This document shows positions 10,756 to 20,900 of a stretch of 64,000 nucleotides of DNA, one piece after another; positions within the stretch are counted from its first letter, which is position 1; every line of letters starts with the position of its first letter. The stretch is from assembly GCA_014584695.1 (NCBI GenBank), contig JACTMI010000004.1, positions 128,006 to 192,005 on the forward strand. The letters are read 5' to 3'. Source of the DNA: Acidobacteriota bacterium. GTDB taxonomy: Bacteria; Acidobacteriota; Thermoanaerobaculia; Multivoradales; JAGPDF01. A program made the translations under genes and the position numbers. The notes beneath the pieces were generated by a model. It saw only the letters and a list, made by a program, of their open reading frames with translations. It ran no database searches and had not been told where the DNA came from.

Positions 10756-11430
10756 TCAGGTCAACAGGAATGCGCGGGTCAGCCGCCGCCACTCCTCGTC
10801 GGAGAGGTGGCTGGCGAAGTCGGCCGCCGGCTCGCCGCCGTCCGCGAGGACGGTGCCGGAGAGCGCCATCAGCTCGAGCTGCAGCTTCTCGCGCGAGTCC
10901 TCGGCGAAGCGGTGGGCGAGGCTGCCCGAGAGCAGGTTGTCGATGTTGCGGCCGAGCTCGGTGGTGCGCAGCTTGAAGAGCCAGCCGCGGCCATAGGGAT
11001 CGGTGGTCGCCAGGCCGGGCTGCCGCTCGACCAGTGGATTCGTCTCGATGACCTCCCCTTCCATCGGGGAGACCAGGTCGACGTCGCGGCCGTCGAGGCC
11101 GAGTCGGGCGGCGGGCTCGCCGGCGCGCAGCCAGGTGCCGGGGGCCGGCAGCTTGGCGCGGGTCGCCGGTCCGATCAGCCGCCGGGCGAAGTCGTCGAGC
11201 CCGACCGCGGCGGTGTCGGTGCCGGTCGGACGGGCCCAGGTGTGGCCGCGATGGAAGTGGAGCCCGTCGGGAACCATCAGGCCGGCCACCCAGACCGGCT
11301 CGACCCGGAAGCCCTCGGCGGCCTCGGGGCGGGTGGCGATCGCCGGAACAACGGCCTGCTCCCGGCGATGCATCCAGGCGTCCAGCGCGATGAAGATCGC
11401 GAAAGTCGCCAGCACGAAGAGAACGGTCAT
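10756..11430 (-). CDS. membrane-anchored glycine-cleavage H-protein-like (GcvH-fold) protein
   Basis: N-terminal TM helix (MTVLFVLATFAIFIALDAW), then GcvH-like core: HTWARPTG...AVGLDDFARRLIG ... EGEVIETNPLVERQPGLATTDPYGRGWLFKL (compare GcvH SGEVVEVN...DPYGEGWLFKI); GGAGG RBS before ATG 11430. Confidence 0.55.
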   Translation of the reverse strand: MTVLFVLATFAIFIALDAWMHRREQAVVPAIATRPEAAEGFRVEPVWVAGLMVPDGLHFHRGHTWARPTGTDTAAVGLDDFARRLIGPATRAKLPAPGTWLRAGEPAARLGLDGRDVDLVSPMEGEVIETNPLVERQPGLATTDPYGRGWLFKLRTTELGRNIDNLLSGSLAHRFAEDSREKLQLELMALSGTVLADGGEPAADFASHLSDEEWRRLTRAFLLT

Positions 11431-11472
11431 GGTCGCCTCCTTTCTGGTGAGTCCATGCACGCACCCCTTCTC

Positions 11473-11492
11473 TAGGCAAGAGATATGCCGAT
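11473..11492 (-). promoter_or_regulatory. candidate sigma-54 -24/-12 promoter (cGGCATatctcTTGCc) for the minus-strand operon
   Basis: GG-N10-GC spacing with TTGC at -12 on the minus strand; partly overlaps the palindrome; the operon itself encodes a sigma-54 activator. Confidence 0.25.
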
Positions 11493-11508
11493 TTCGGATT
11501 CCGAAATC
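11490..11508. promoter_or_regulatory. perfect 19-bp palindrome GATTTCGGATTCCGAAATC in an AT-rich divergent intergenic region (candidate operator)
   Basis: 9-nt arms around a single central T; about 60 nt upstream of the GcvH-like operon start and about 270 nt upstream of the divergent SDR gene; the local sequence is visibly AT-richer than the rest of the window. Confidence 0.4.
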
Positions 11509-11775
11509 TCCATCAGCAAGTAACTCCAGTCCAGTGAATGAAATAGAGGCATCGTCCAAGAGCTGTAGAGGGCTGCCACAGCACGGAGGCCGACGTGGAG
11601 AATTTCAACAGGCAACCGCCGGCGGCCGTGGCGATTCGCTCGGAAGCCCGATTCCTTGGCCTTCCAACGACTTGTAGAGGAATCGAACAGTCAACGCTGG
11701 GTTTCTCTACACTTCGCGGGTGCTGCGGGAGCGGCTTGCCTTGACCTCCCCAGGACCCCGTTCTAGGGTGCGCCG

Positions 11776-12552
11776 GTGCGGCTCGACGGCAAGGTGGCGG
11801 TGGTCAGCGGCGGCGGCCGGGGGATCGGTGCGGCCACCGCGCGCGCGCTCGCCGAGGCGGGTGCGCGGGTGGTCGTCGCGGCGCGCTCCACCGGCGAGAT
11901 CGAGGGCCTGGCCGCCGCGTTGGCCGCCCGAGGAGGAGAGGCGGCGGCGTTTTCCTGCGACGTCACGGATGCGGCGGCGGTTGCGGGTCTGCGCGACGAG
12001 GTCCTGGCGCGCTTCGGCGGCGCGCACATCCTGGTCAACAACGCGGGCAGCGCCGACTCGGCGCCGCTCAAGCGCCAGACGCTCGACGGCTGGCGCCGCC
12101 TGTTCGCCGTCAACGTCGAGGCGACATTCCTGCTGACCCAGGCGTTTCTTCCCGGCATGCTCGAACGCGGCTGGGGGCGGATCGTCAACGTCGCTTCGAT
12201 CGCGGGCCGCACCGGCGCGCCCTACATCGCCGCCTACGCGGCCTCGAAGCACGCGGTGGTCGGCTTCACGCGGGCGCTGGCCACCGAGGTGGCGGCGCGT
12301 GGCGTCACGGTCAATGCGCTCTGCCCGGGCTACGTCGACACACCGATGACCGACCGCTCGCTCGAACGAATCCAGGCCGCGACCGGGATTGCGCCGGAGG
12401 CCGCGCGGGCGAAGCTGGTGGCCGCCAATCCGCAGGGGCGGCTGATCGAGGCCGAAGAGGTCGCCTATTGGGCGCTGGTGCTCTGCGACGAGCGGGCGCG
12501 CGGCGTCAACGGTCAGGCGATCGGCATCGACGGCGGAGCGTTGCCGGCATGA
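11776..12552 (+). CDS. SDR-family oxidoreductase (3-oxoacyl/3-hydroxyacyl reductase-like)
   Basis: GKVAVVSGGGRGIGAA Rossmann motif, NNAG, YxxxK (YAASKHAV); 258 aa. Confidence 0.85.
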   Translation: MRLDGKVAVVSGGGRGIGAATARALAEAGARVVVAARSTGEIEGLAAALAARGGEAAAFSCDVTDAAAVAGLRDEVLARFGGAHILVNNAGSADSAPLKRQTLDGWRRLFAVNVEATFLLTQAFLPGMLERGWGRIVNVASIAGRTGAPYIAAYAASKHAVVGFTRALATEVAARGVTVNALCPGYVDTPMTDRSLERIQAATGIAPEAARAKLVAANPQGRLIEAEEVAYWALVLCDERARGVNGQAIGIDGGALPA

Positions 12553-12980
12553 GCGCCCGGTTGGTGGCGGTCGATCCGCCGGAGGTGGGCGGGCGCGGCA
12601 GCGGCTACTCGAACGGCATCGTGGCCCCCGCCGGGAGCCGCATCCTCTTCGTCTCCGGTCAGGTCGGCTGGGACTCGGAGCGGCGGCTGGTCGCGGGTGG
12701 CTTCGTGCCGCAGCTCGAAGCCGCGCTCGAGAACGTGGCGGCGGTGGTCCGCGCCGCCGGCGGCGAGCCGACGGACGTGGCGCGGCTGACTCTGTTCGTG
12801 GTCGACAAGGGGGAGTACCTCGCCGGCCTCGGTGCCGTCGGCGCCGCCTACCGGCGGGTGTTCGGGCGGCATTTCCCGGCCATGTCCCTGGTCGAGGTGC
12901 GCGGACTGCTCGAGCCGGGGGCGCGCGTCGAGGTCGAGGCGACGGCGGCGCTGCCACCCGCGCCGGCCGGCGGAGAGTGA
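12549..12980 (+). CDS. RidA/YjgF-family reactive-intermediate deaminase
   Basis: ATGA overlap with the SDR gene; ILFVSGQVGWD ... VARLTLFVVD ... EVEATA RidA-like core. Confidence 0.75.
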   Translation: MSARLVAVDPPEVGGRGSGYSNGIVAPAGSRILFVSGQVGWDSERRLVAGGFVPQLEAALENVAAVVRAAGGEPTDVARLTLFVVDKGEYLAGLGAVGAAYRRVFGRHFPAMSLVEVRGLLEPGARVEVEATAALPPAPAGGE

Positions 12981-12985
12981 GGCCG

Positions 12986-13786
12986 ATGGCGATTGCGCCG
13001 CGCAGCTTCCGCTACCAGCTCGACGCCGATTCGGCGGTGGCGACGCTGACGCTCGACCGCCCGGAGCGGTTGAACGCGCTGACCTTCGAGGTCTACGAGG
13101 AGCTGCGCGCCACCTTCGACGCGCTCGACACCGAGCCGGGGGTGCGCGCCATTCTGCTGACCGGCTCCGGACGGGCGTTCTGCTCCGGCGGTGACGTCGA
13201 GTCGATCATCGGCGAGCTGTTCGCGCGCGACGCCCGCGGGCTGCTCGATTTCACCCGCGCGACCGGCGCCCTGATCCGCTCGATGATCGGCTGTCGCCGG
13301 CCGATCGTCGGCGCGTTGAACGGCACCGTCGCCGGCGCTGGCGCGGTGATCGCCTGCGCCTGCGACCTGCGGATCGCCGCCGAGAGCGCCAAGATCGCGT
13401 TCCTCTTCCCCAAGGTCGGCCTCTCCGGGGCCGACATGGGCGCCTCCTGGCTGCTGCCGCGGATCGTCGGCCTGGGCCGCGCCATGGAGATCCTGATGGG
13501 CGGCGAGTTCGTGGACGCGACGACCGCGGAGCGGATCGGCCTCTATCACGCGGTGGTGCCGGCCGAGCGCTGCCTCGGCGAGGCGCGGGCGCGGGCCGAG
13601 AAGCTCGCCGCCGGTCCGTCGTTCGCGCTCGAAGTGACCAAGAAGATGCTCTACCGCGAGGCGGCGATGGATCTCGACGCCGCGCTCCAGGCGGAGGTCG
13701 AGATCCAGTCGATCTGCATGCAGGACCCCAACTTCCGCGAGGCCTACGAGGCCTTCCGCGGCAAGCGCCCGCCGCAGTTCGGCTGA
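12986..13786 (+). CDS. enoyl-CoA hydratase/isomerase (crotonase fold)
   Basis: LTLDRPERLNAL, GSGRAFCSGGDV oxyanion-hole motifs; ATG 12986 preceded by GGAGAG (the track starts at an in-frame GTG 12977). Confidence 0.8.
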   Translation: MAIAPRSFRYQLDADSAVATLTLDRPERLNALTFEVYEELRATFDALDTEPGVRAILLTGSGRAFCSGGDVESIIGELFARDARGLLDFTRATGALIRSMIGCRRPIVGALNGTVAGAGAVIACACDLRIAAESAKIAFLFPKVGLSGADMGASWLLPRIVGLGRAMEILMGGEFVDATTAERIGLYHAVVPAERCLGEARARAEKLAAGPSFALEVTKKMLYREAAMDLDAALQAEVEIQSICMQDPNFREAYEAFRGKRPPQFG

Positions 13787-13809
13787 GCGAGCGACCGGCG
13801 CGGCCCGCC

Positions 13810-14973
13810 ATGAGCGCACCCGACCCGGGGCTCGTCGAGCAGTTTCTCGCCCCCGCGCACCTCGAGCTCGCCGCCGCGGCGGCGAGCTTCGTCGCGGAGC
13901 GGATCGCGCCGCGGCCGCCCGCGAACGACGACGCGGCGGCGCGGCGCGAGGCGCCCGAGCTCGCCGTCCTGCTCGGCGGCGCCGGCGCCTTGCGGCCGGC
14001 GCTGCCTCGGGCTCCGGAGGCGCGCCCCGACTTGCGGGCGATCTGCCTCTGGCGCGAGACGCTGGCGGCGGCCTCGCCGCTGGCCGACGCGGTCTACGCC
14101 CTCCAGGCGCTCGGCGCGATGCCGATCGTGCTCGCGGACAACCAGGACGCCCAGCGGCGTTGGCTGCCGGAAGTCGAAGCGGGGCGCGCGCTGGCGGCCT
14201 TCGCGATGACCGAGCCGGAGGCCGGCTCGGACGTCGCCGCGATCGCGACCCGCGCCGTGCGCGCCGGTGACGGCTACCGGCTCGACGGCCGCAAGCACCT
14301 GATCTCGAACGCCGGCATCGCCGACTTCTACTGCGTCTTCGCGCGCACGGACGAGGCGGCGGGAGCGCGCGGCCTCTCCTGCTTCGTGGTGCCAGCCGAT
14401 GCGCCCGGCCTCCGCTTCGCCGGCGCCCAGGTACTTTCCGAGCCCCACCCTCTGGGCGAGATCGCGTTCGAGAACTGTTTCGTCCCGAGCGCTTCGCGAC
14501 TCGGCGCCGAAGGCGCGGGGCTGAAGCTGGGCTTGGCCGCCCTCGACCGGCTGCGGCCGACGGTCGCCGCGGCCGCCTGCGGCATGGCGGCGCGCGCGCT
14601 CGACGAGGCGCTCGCCCACGTGCGCGAGCGGCGGCAGTTCGGGCGCCCGCTCGCCGAGCAGCAGCTGGTCCAGCAGAAGCTGGCGCGGATGGCGACCGAC
14701 CTCGCCGCCGCGCGGCTGCTCACCTACCGCGCCGCGCACGCCGCCGACACCGGCGCCGCCCGGATCACGCTCGAGGCCGCCCAGGCCAAGCTCTTCGCCA
14801 CCGAGGCCGCGCAGCGGACCGTCGACGACGCCGTCCAGCTGCTCGGGGGCCGCGGCGTCCTCGCCGCGTCGGTCACCGACCGCCTCTACCGCGCCGTCCG
14901 CGCCCTGCGCATCTACGAGGGCACCTCGGAAATCCAGCACCTGGTGATCGCGCGCGAGCTGCTGCGCGGTTGA
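13810..14973 (+). CDS. acyl-CoA dehydrogenase
   Basis: Three-domain ACAD architecture; C-terminal IYEGTSEIQ catalytic-base motif. Confidence 0.85.
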   Translation: MSAPDPGLVEQFLAPAHLELAAAAASFVAERIAPRPPANDDAAARREAPELAVLLGGAGALRPALPRAPEARPDLRAICLWRETLAAASPLADAVYALQALGAMPIVLADNQDAQRRWLPEVEAGRALAAFAMTEPEAGSDVAAIATRAVRAGDGYRLDGRKHLISNAGIADFYCVFARTDEAAGARGLSCFVVPADAPGLRFAGAQVLSEPHPLGEIAFENCFVPSASRLGAEGAGLKLGLAALDRLRPTVAAAACGMAARALDEALAHVRERRQFGRPLAEQQLVQQKLARMATDLAAARLLTYRAAHAADTGAARITLEAAQAKLFATEAAQRTVDDAVQLLGGRGVLAASVTDRLYRAVRALRIYEGTSEIQHLVIARELLRG

Positions 14974-15035
14974 GGTCACACGCGCCGACGGGTGGCGGCG
15001 CGGTCCGCCGCCGGAGACGCGGCTAGACTGGACCC

Positions 15036-16487
<1,452 letters not shown>

Positions 16488-16518
16488 CCAGGGCGCCGGG
16501 AGTCTCCGAGACGGGACG

Positions 16519-17841
16519 CTAGCCTGGCGTTGGTTCCGCGCCGATGGCGAGGGGCTGGCCGGTGGATTCGATGACGTTCCACCAGAGCTCGCCGTTCGGG
16601 TTGACGCGGCGGACCTGGCCGCGCAGGGCGGTCAGGGGGACGTGGGTGATCTGGCCGTGCCAGTAGCCGATCAGCATGCCGGTGCGGCCGGACATCGCGG
16701 CGTGCACGGCGCCCTGCGCCAGGCGCGAGCCGTGGAGAGCGTCGGCGGTGCCGGCGGCGGCCGAGCGGACGAGGTAGCTGGGGTCGATGTACTTGATGGA
16801 GACGCCCCCCGGCAGCCGCGCGAAGTGCGACTCGATGCGCTGTTTCAAACGGACGCCGATGTCGCCCAGCTTGCGGTTGCCCGAGGCGTCGAGGCCGAAC
16901 TGTTCGCCGGCGAACAGCTCCTGTCCGGCGCCCTCCGCGACCACGACGACAGCGAAGCCCTTGCGGTCGAGAGTCCTCTCGATCAGGTCGAGCAAGCCCC
17001 CCGCGCCGTCGAGCGAGAAGGGGCACTCCGGGATCAGGCAGAAGTCGGCCTGGCCGGTGGCGAGCGTCGCCGCCGCCGCGAGATAGCCGGCGTTGCGCCC
17101 CATGAGCTTGACCAGGCCGACGCCGCGCCGCACCGAGCTCGCCTCGTTGAAGGCGCTGCGGATCGATTCGCTGGCGGTCCGCACCGCGGTCTCGAAACCG
17201 AACGAACGGCGCACCCAGGGGATGTCGTTGTCGATCGTCTTGGGCAGCCCGACCACGGCGATCTCGAGCCCGCGCCGCGCGATCTCCTCGGCGATCTCGA
17301 GCGCGCCGCGCAGCGTGCCGTCGCCGCCGACCGGAAAGAAGAGGTCGATCCGGTGCGCGACCAGGGTGTCGACGATCTCGGCGATCGGCGGCGTGCCGCG
17401 CGAGGTGCCGAGGAGCGTGCCACCGCGCGCGGGCGCGGCGTCGACGATCGCCGGCGTCAACACCATCATCGTGCCGGGGGCCGCGAGGCCGTTGTAGCCG
17501 TGGCGGACGCCGAGGATCTCGGCGACGCCGTAGCGCTCGGCGAGCTGCCCGACCAGCGCCCGGATGACGTCGTTGAGGCCGGGCGAGATGCCGCCGCAGG
17601 TGGCGATGGCGGCGCGGGTGCGCGCCGGCTCGAAGAACAGCCGCTCGCGCGGCCCCGCGATCTCGAAGCTCGCCGGCTCGCGGCCGGCGGCGAAGGCGGC
17701 CGCGACCGGGGCGAGGTGGGGCTCGACCAGCACGCGCTCGTGGTCCTCGGCGAAGGTCTCGCGCGAAGGCACCTGGAGCGGCGTCGGGAAGCGGGCCTCG
17801 CCCAGCCTCGGAATCACGAAATCGGGGAGCGCGGCGGCCAT
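16519..17841 (-). CDS. pfk: 6-phosphofructokinase (long PFK, group III / PPi-type lineage)
   Basis: GGISPGLNDVIRA, GGDGT, PKTIDNDI motifs; 440 aa. Confidence 0.85.
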   Translation of the reverse strand: MAAALPDFVIPRLGEARFPTPLQVPSRETFAEDHERVLVEPHLAPVAAAFAAGREPASFEIAGPRERLFFEPARTRAAIATCGGISPGLNDVIRALVGQLAERYGVAEILGVRHGYNGLAAPGTMMVLTPAIVDAAPARGGTLLGTSRGTPPIAEIVDTLVAHRIDLFFPVGGDGTLRGALEIAEEIARRGLEIAVVGLPKTIDNDIPWVRRSFGFETAVRTASESIRSAFNEASSVRRGVGLVKLMGRNAGYLAAAATLATGQADFCLIPECPFSLDGAGGLLDLIERTLDRKGFAVVVVAEGAGQELFAGEQFGLDASGNRKLGDIGVRLKQRIESHFARLPGGVSIKYIDPSYLVRSAAAGTADALHGSRLAQGAVHAAMSGRTGMLIGYWHGQITHVPLTALRGQVRRVNPNGELWWNVIESTGQPLAIGAEPTPG

Positions 17842-17945
17842 CTCTGGAGCTTATCGTCGCGCGCCCCCGCGGCGCCCGCCTCTTGCCGGCGGCCCCGCGC
17901 CACCGGGTTAGACTGGCCTGGTCTACCTGTTCTGGAGGTGTCGCC

Positions 17946-20900
17946 ATGCTGGCAAGCCCGGTCCTGTCCTCTCGGTTGCTCCGCACCTCGCTGGCGCTGT
18001 TTTTCGGGACCGTCCTTTCCGCCGCCGCGGCGGCGCAGTTTCCGCTCTCGGGCCGGATCCTGGACGCCGACCGCAAGCCGGTGCGCGACGCGGAGGTCGA
18101 GCTCGTCCCCCGCCTCGATCTTGCGGCCGAGTCGGCCGCCGAGCTCCTCGGGGAGACTCCCCGCGGCACCGTGCGCGCGCGCACCGGCGAGGACGGTCGC
18201 TACCGCCTGGTGGTTCCGGCACCGGGGCTCTACCGCTTTCGGGTCGCGCCGGCGGGTCTGGCGCCGATGGAGGAGAGCCTGCGGCTGGTCGAGGAGCGAA
18301 CGCTCGACGATCAGGTCCTCCGGCGCGGCGGCGCCGCCCGCGTCGAGGTGGTCGACGCCGCCGGCCGGCCAGTCGAAGGAGCCCGCGTGCGGCTGCGGGC
18401 GACCGCGCGCGACGCTTTCCGGTACGTCGGCTGGAGCTTCCCGGGGCTCGCGCCGCAGCGCGGCCGGACGGATGCAGCGGGGCGCCTCGACCTCCTGCGC
18501 CCGGCCGACGTCGCGCTCGAGCTGGCGGCTTCGGCCCCCGGCCTCGCGCCGGCGTGGCTCCGGATCGGGCCGCGGGATCTCCCCCGCGTGACGCTCGGCG
18601 CGGCCGAGCCGCGGGTCGTGGCCGTCCGCTTCGGGACGCGGCCGGTGCCCGGCGCCGCGATCCGGCGCGCCAAGGATGGCTTCCCCTTGGCGGTGACCGA
18701 CGAGACGGGCTTGGCGACGGTCGATGCGCCGCGCGCCGAGTCGCTCGCGCTCGAGATCCTGGCGAGCGAAGGGCGGCGCGCGCGGGCGCTGCTCGAGCCC
18801 TGGCGGGGCGAGGAGCCGCCGCCCCCCTTCGCGGTCACGCTCGAGGCCGGCCGGCGGATCGAGGGGCGGGTCGTCGACCTGCACTCGCGGCGCCCCATCC
18901 GGGACGCGCTGGTCACGACCCGCTGGATCGGCCACGAGGTCGCGGTGCTCACCGACGGGCGCGGCCAGTATCGACTCGAAGTCCCGCCGGGTACCGTGGC
19001 GAGCCTGGTCGGTGCCGCCGCCGGTCACCTCGAGACGCACCTCGGGCTGCCGGCGCCGGAGACGGGGCCGGGTCCGACGCTCGCCTTGCCGCCGGCGCTC
19101 GCGGTCCGTGGCCAGGCGGTCGATGCCGCCGGACGTCCGGTCGCGGCGGCCGAGATCGTCGCCACCTCGGTGCCGGCGCAGGGTCTGGCGAGACCCATGT
19201 TTCGCGGCGCCGGGCGCGACCTGCGAGCCCTCTCCGACGCCCAGGGCCGGTTCCTGTTGACGGGGCTCGACCCGGCCTTGCCGTTGCGGCTGGAGGGGCG
19301 GCGAGAGGGCTTCGCGCCGGCGACCGCCAGGCTGGAGCCGCCGCCGGCGGGGGGGAGGATGGAGGTGCGCCTGCAGTTCGAAGCCGGCGCGCGGCTCTCC
19401 GGCCGGGTGGTGTCGCTCGACGGGACGCCGATCGCCGGAGCGAGGCTCGGCCTGGTCGATGCGGGGGCGAGGCGGTCGCCCATGTCCGGCTTCACGCGCT
19501 GGGGAGCGCCGCCGCGTCCGGTCACCGCGGTCGCCGACGAGGAGGGGCGCTTCGGGTTCGGCGACCTGGGCACTGGCCCCTTCGACCTCGAGGTCGCGGC
19601 CAGCGGTTTCGCGCCGACCACCGTCCCGGGGATCCGCCTCGACCGCGAGCCCGGACCGCTCGACCTCGGCGAGATCGTCCTCGATCCGGGTGTCGAGCTC
19701 GCCGGGCGGGTACTCGACGGTCGCGGCCGGCCGGCAGCGGGGGCCGAGGTGCAGGCCCATCCGGCCGGCCGGCGGCGCTTCGTCCCCCCGTGGTCACGGG
19801 CGGTCGAGCCCGACTCCGACGTGCCGCGCGTGGTCGCCGACGAGCTGGGCGATTTCGTGATTCCCGATCGCCGCGCCGGCGAGCGGCTGACCCTCGAGGC
19901 GACGCTCACCGGCTCCGGCCGAGGTCATCTCGCCGAGGTCCTGCTGCCGACGACCGAGCCGGTGACCGTCCGGCTGCAGCCGATCGGGCGGGTGTCGGGT
20001 CGCGTCCTCGACGAGCGCGGCGGCGGCGTCGCCGAAGCCACCGTCTTCGCCGTCCATTCGATCGAGGAGACGACCGCGTCGGGTGGCGGCTCCGCGAGGA
20101 TGTCGATGCCGCCGACCACCGCCGACGCCGACGGCGGCTTCGAGCTCGACGAGCTGCCGGCGGGCAAGCTCGACCTGACCGCGCGCGCCTCCGACGGCGC
20201 CGTCGGCGAGCTGCTCGGTGTCGAGCTCGCGCCGGGAGCCGAGCTCGGCGAGCTCGAGATCCGGCTCGAAGCGGGGGCGAGAGGCGTCGTCACCGGGACG
20301 GTGGTGGAGCCCGGCGGCGCCCCGGCGGTCGGCGCCATGGTGCAGGTGGTGGGAGCGGGGGACAGCCGGAGCGCCATGGGCGGCGTCCTGACCGACGGCG
20401 ACGGGCGGTTCCGCGTCGAGCGACTCGCCGCCGGCCGCAAGGTCGTCAACGCCCACGCGCCGCCGTACCGGCCCGAGGTTCGGCAGATCGAGCTCGCCGA
20501 AGGCCAGGAACTCGACGTCTGGATCGAGCTCGCGGGCGGTGGGTCGGTTTCGGGCCGCGTCCTCGACGAGGCCGATCAGCCGGTCGCCGAGGCCCGCCTG
20601 CTGCTCTCGGCGGCCGGCGGACGGCCTCGCTTCGGTCCCGGTCAGGCGGCGAGCGGCGCGGACGGCTCCTTCCGCATCGAGCAGGTGCAGCCGGGCAGCT
20701 ATCTGCTGCGCGCGGAGCACGAGGCCTACGCGGCGGCGGAGCTCACCCAGCCGATCACGGTGGAGGACCTCGAGGTCGCCGGGATCGTGCTGCGGATGGA
20801 GCGCGGGGCCGCGATCGAGGGTGAGCTGCGCGGTGTCGCCTTCGACGAGCTCGCTTCGGTGCGCATCGTGGCCCACTCCGGCTCCGCGACCCGGGTCGGC

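Noticed and set aside
7213-10976. Long plus-strand ORFs (7213..8739, 8459..10045, 9975..10976) antisense to the HK/NrfD/FeS genes
   Set aside because: No start context or motifs; extreme Arg/Gly/Asp/Glu bias; antisense to well-supported genes.
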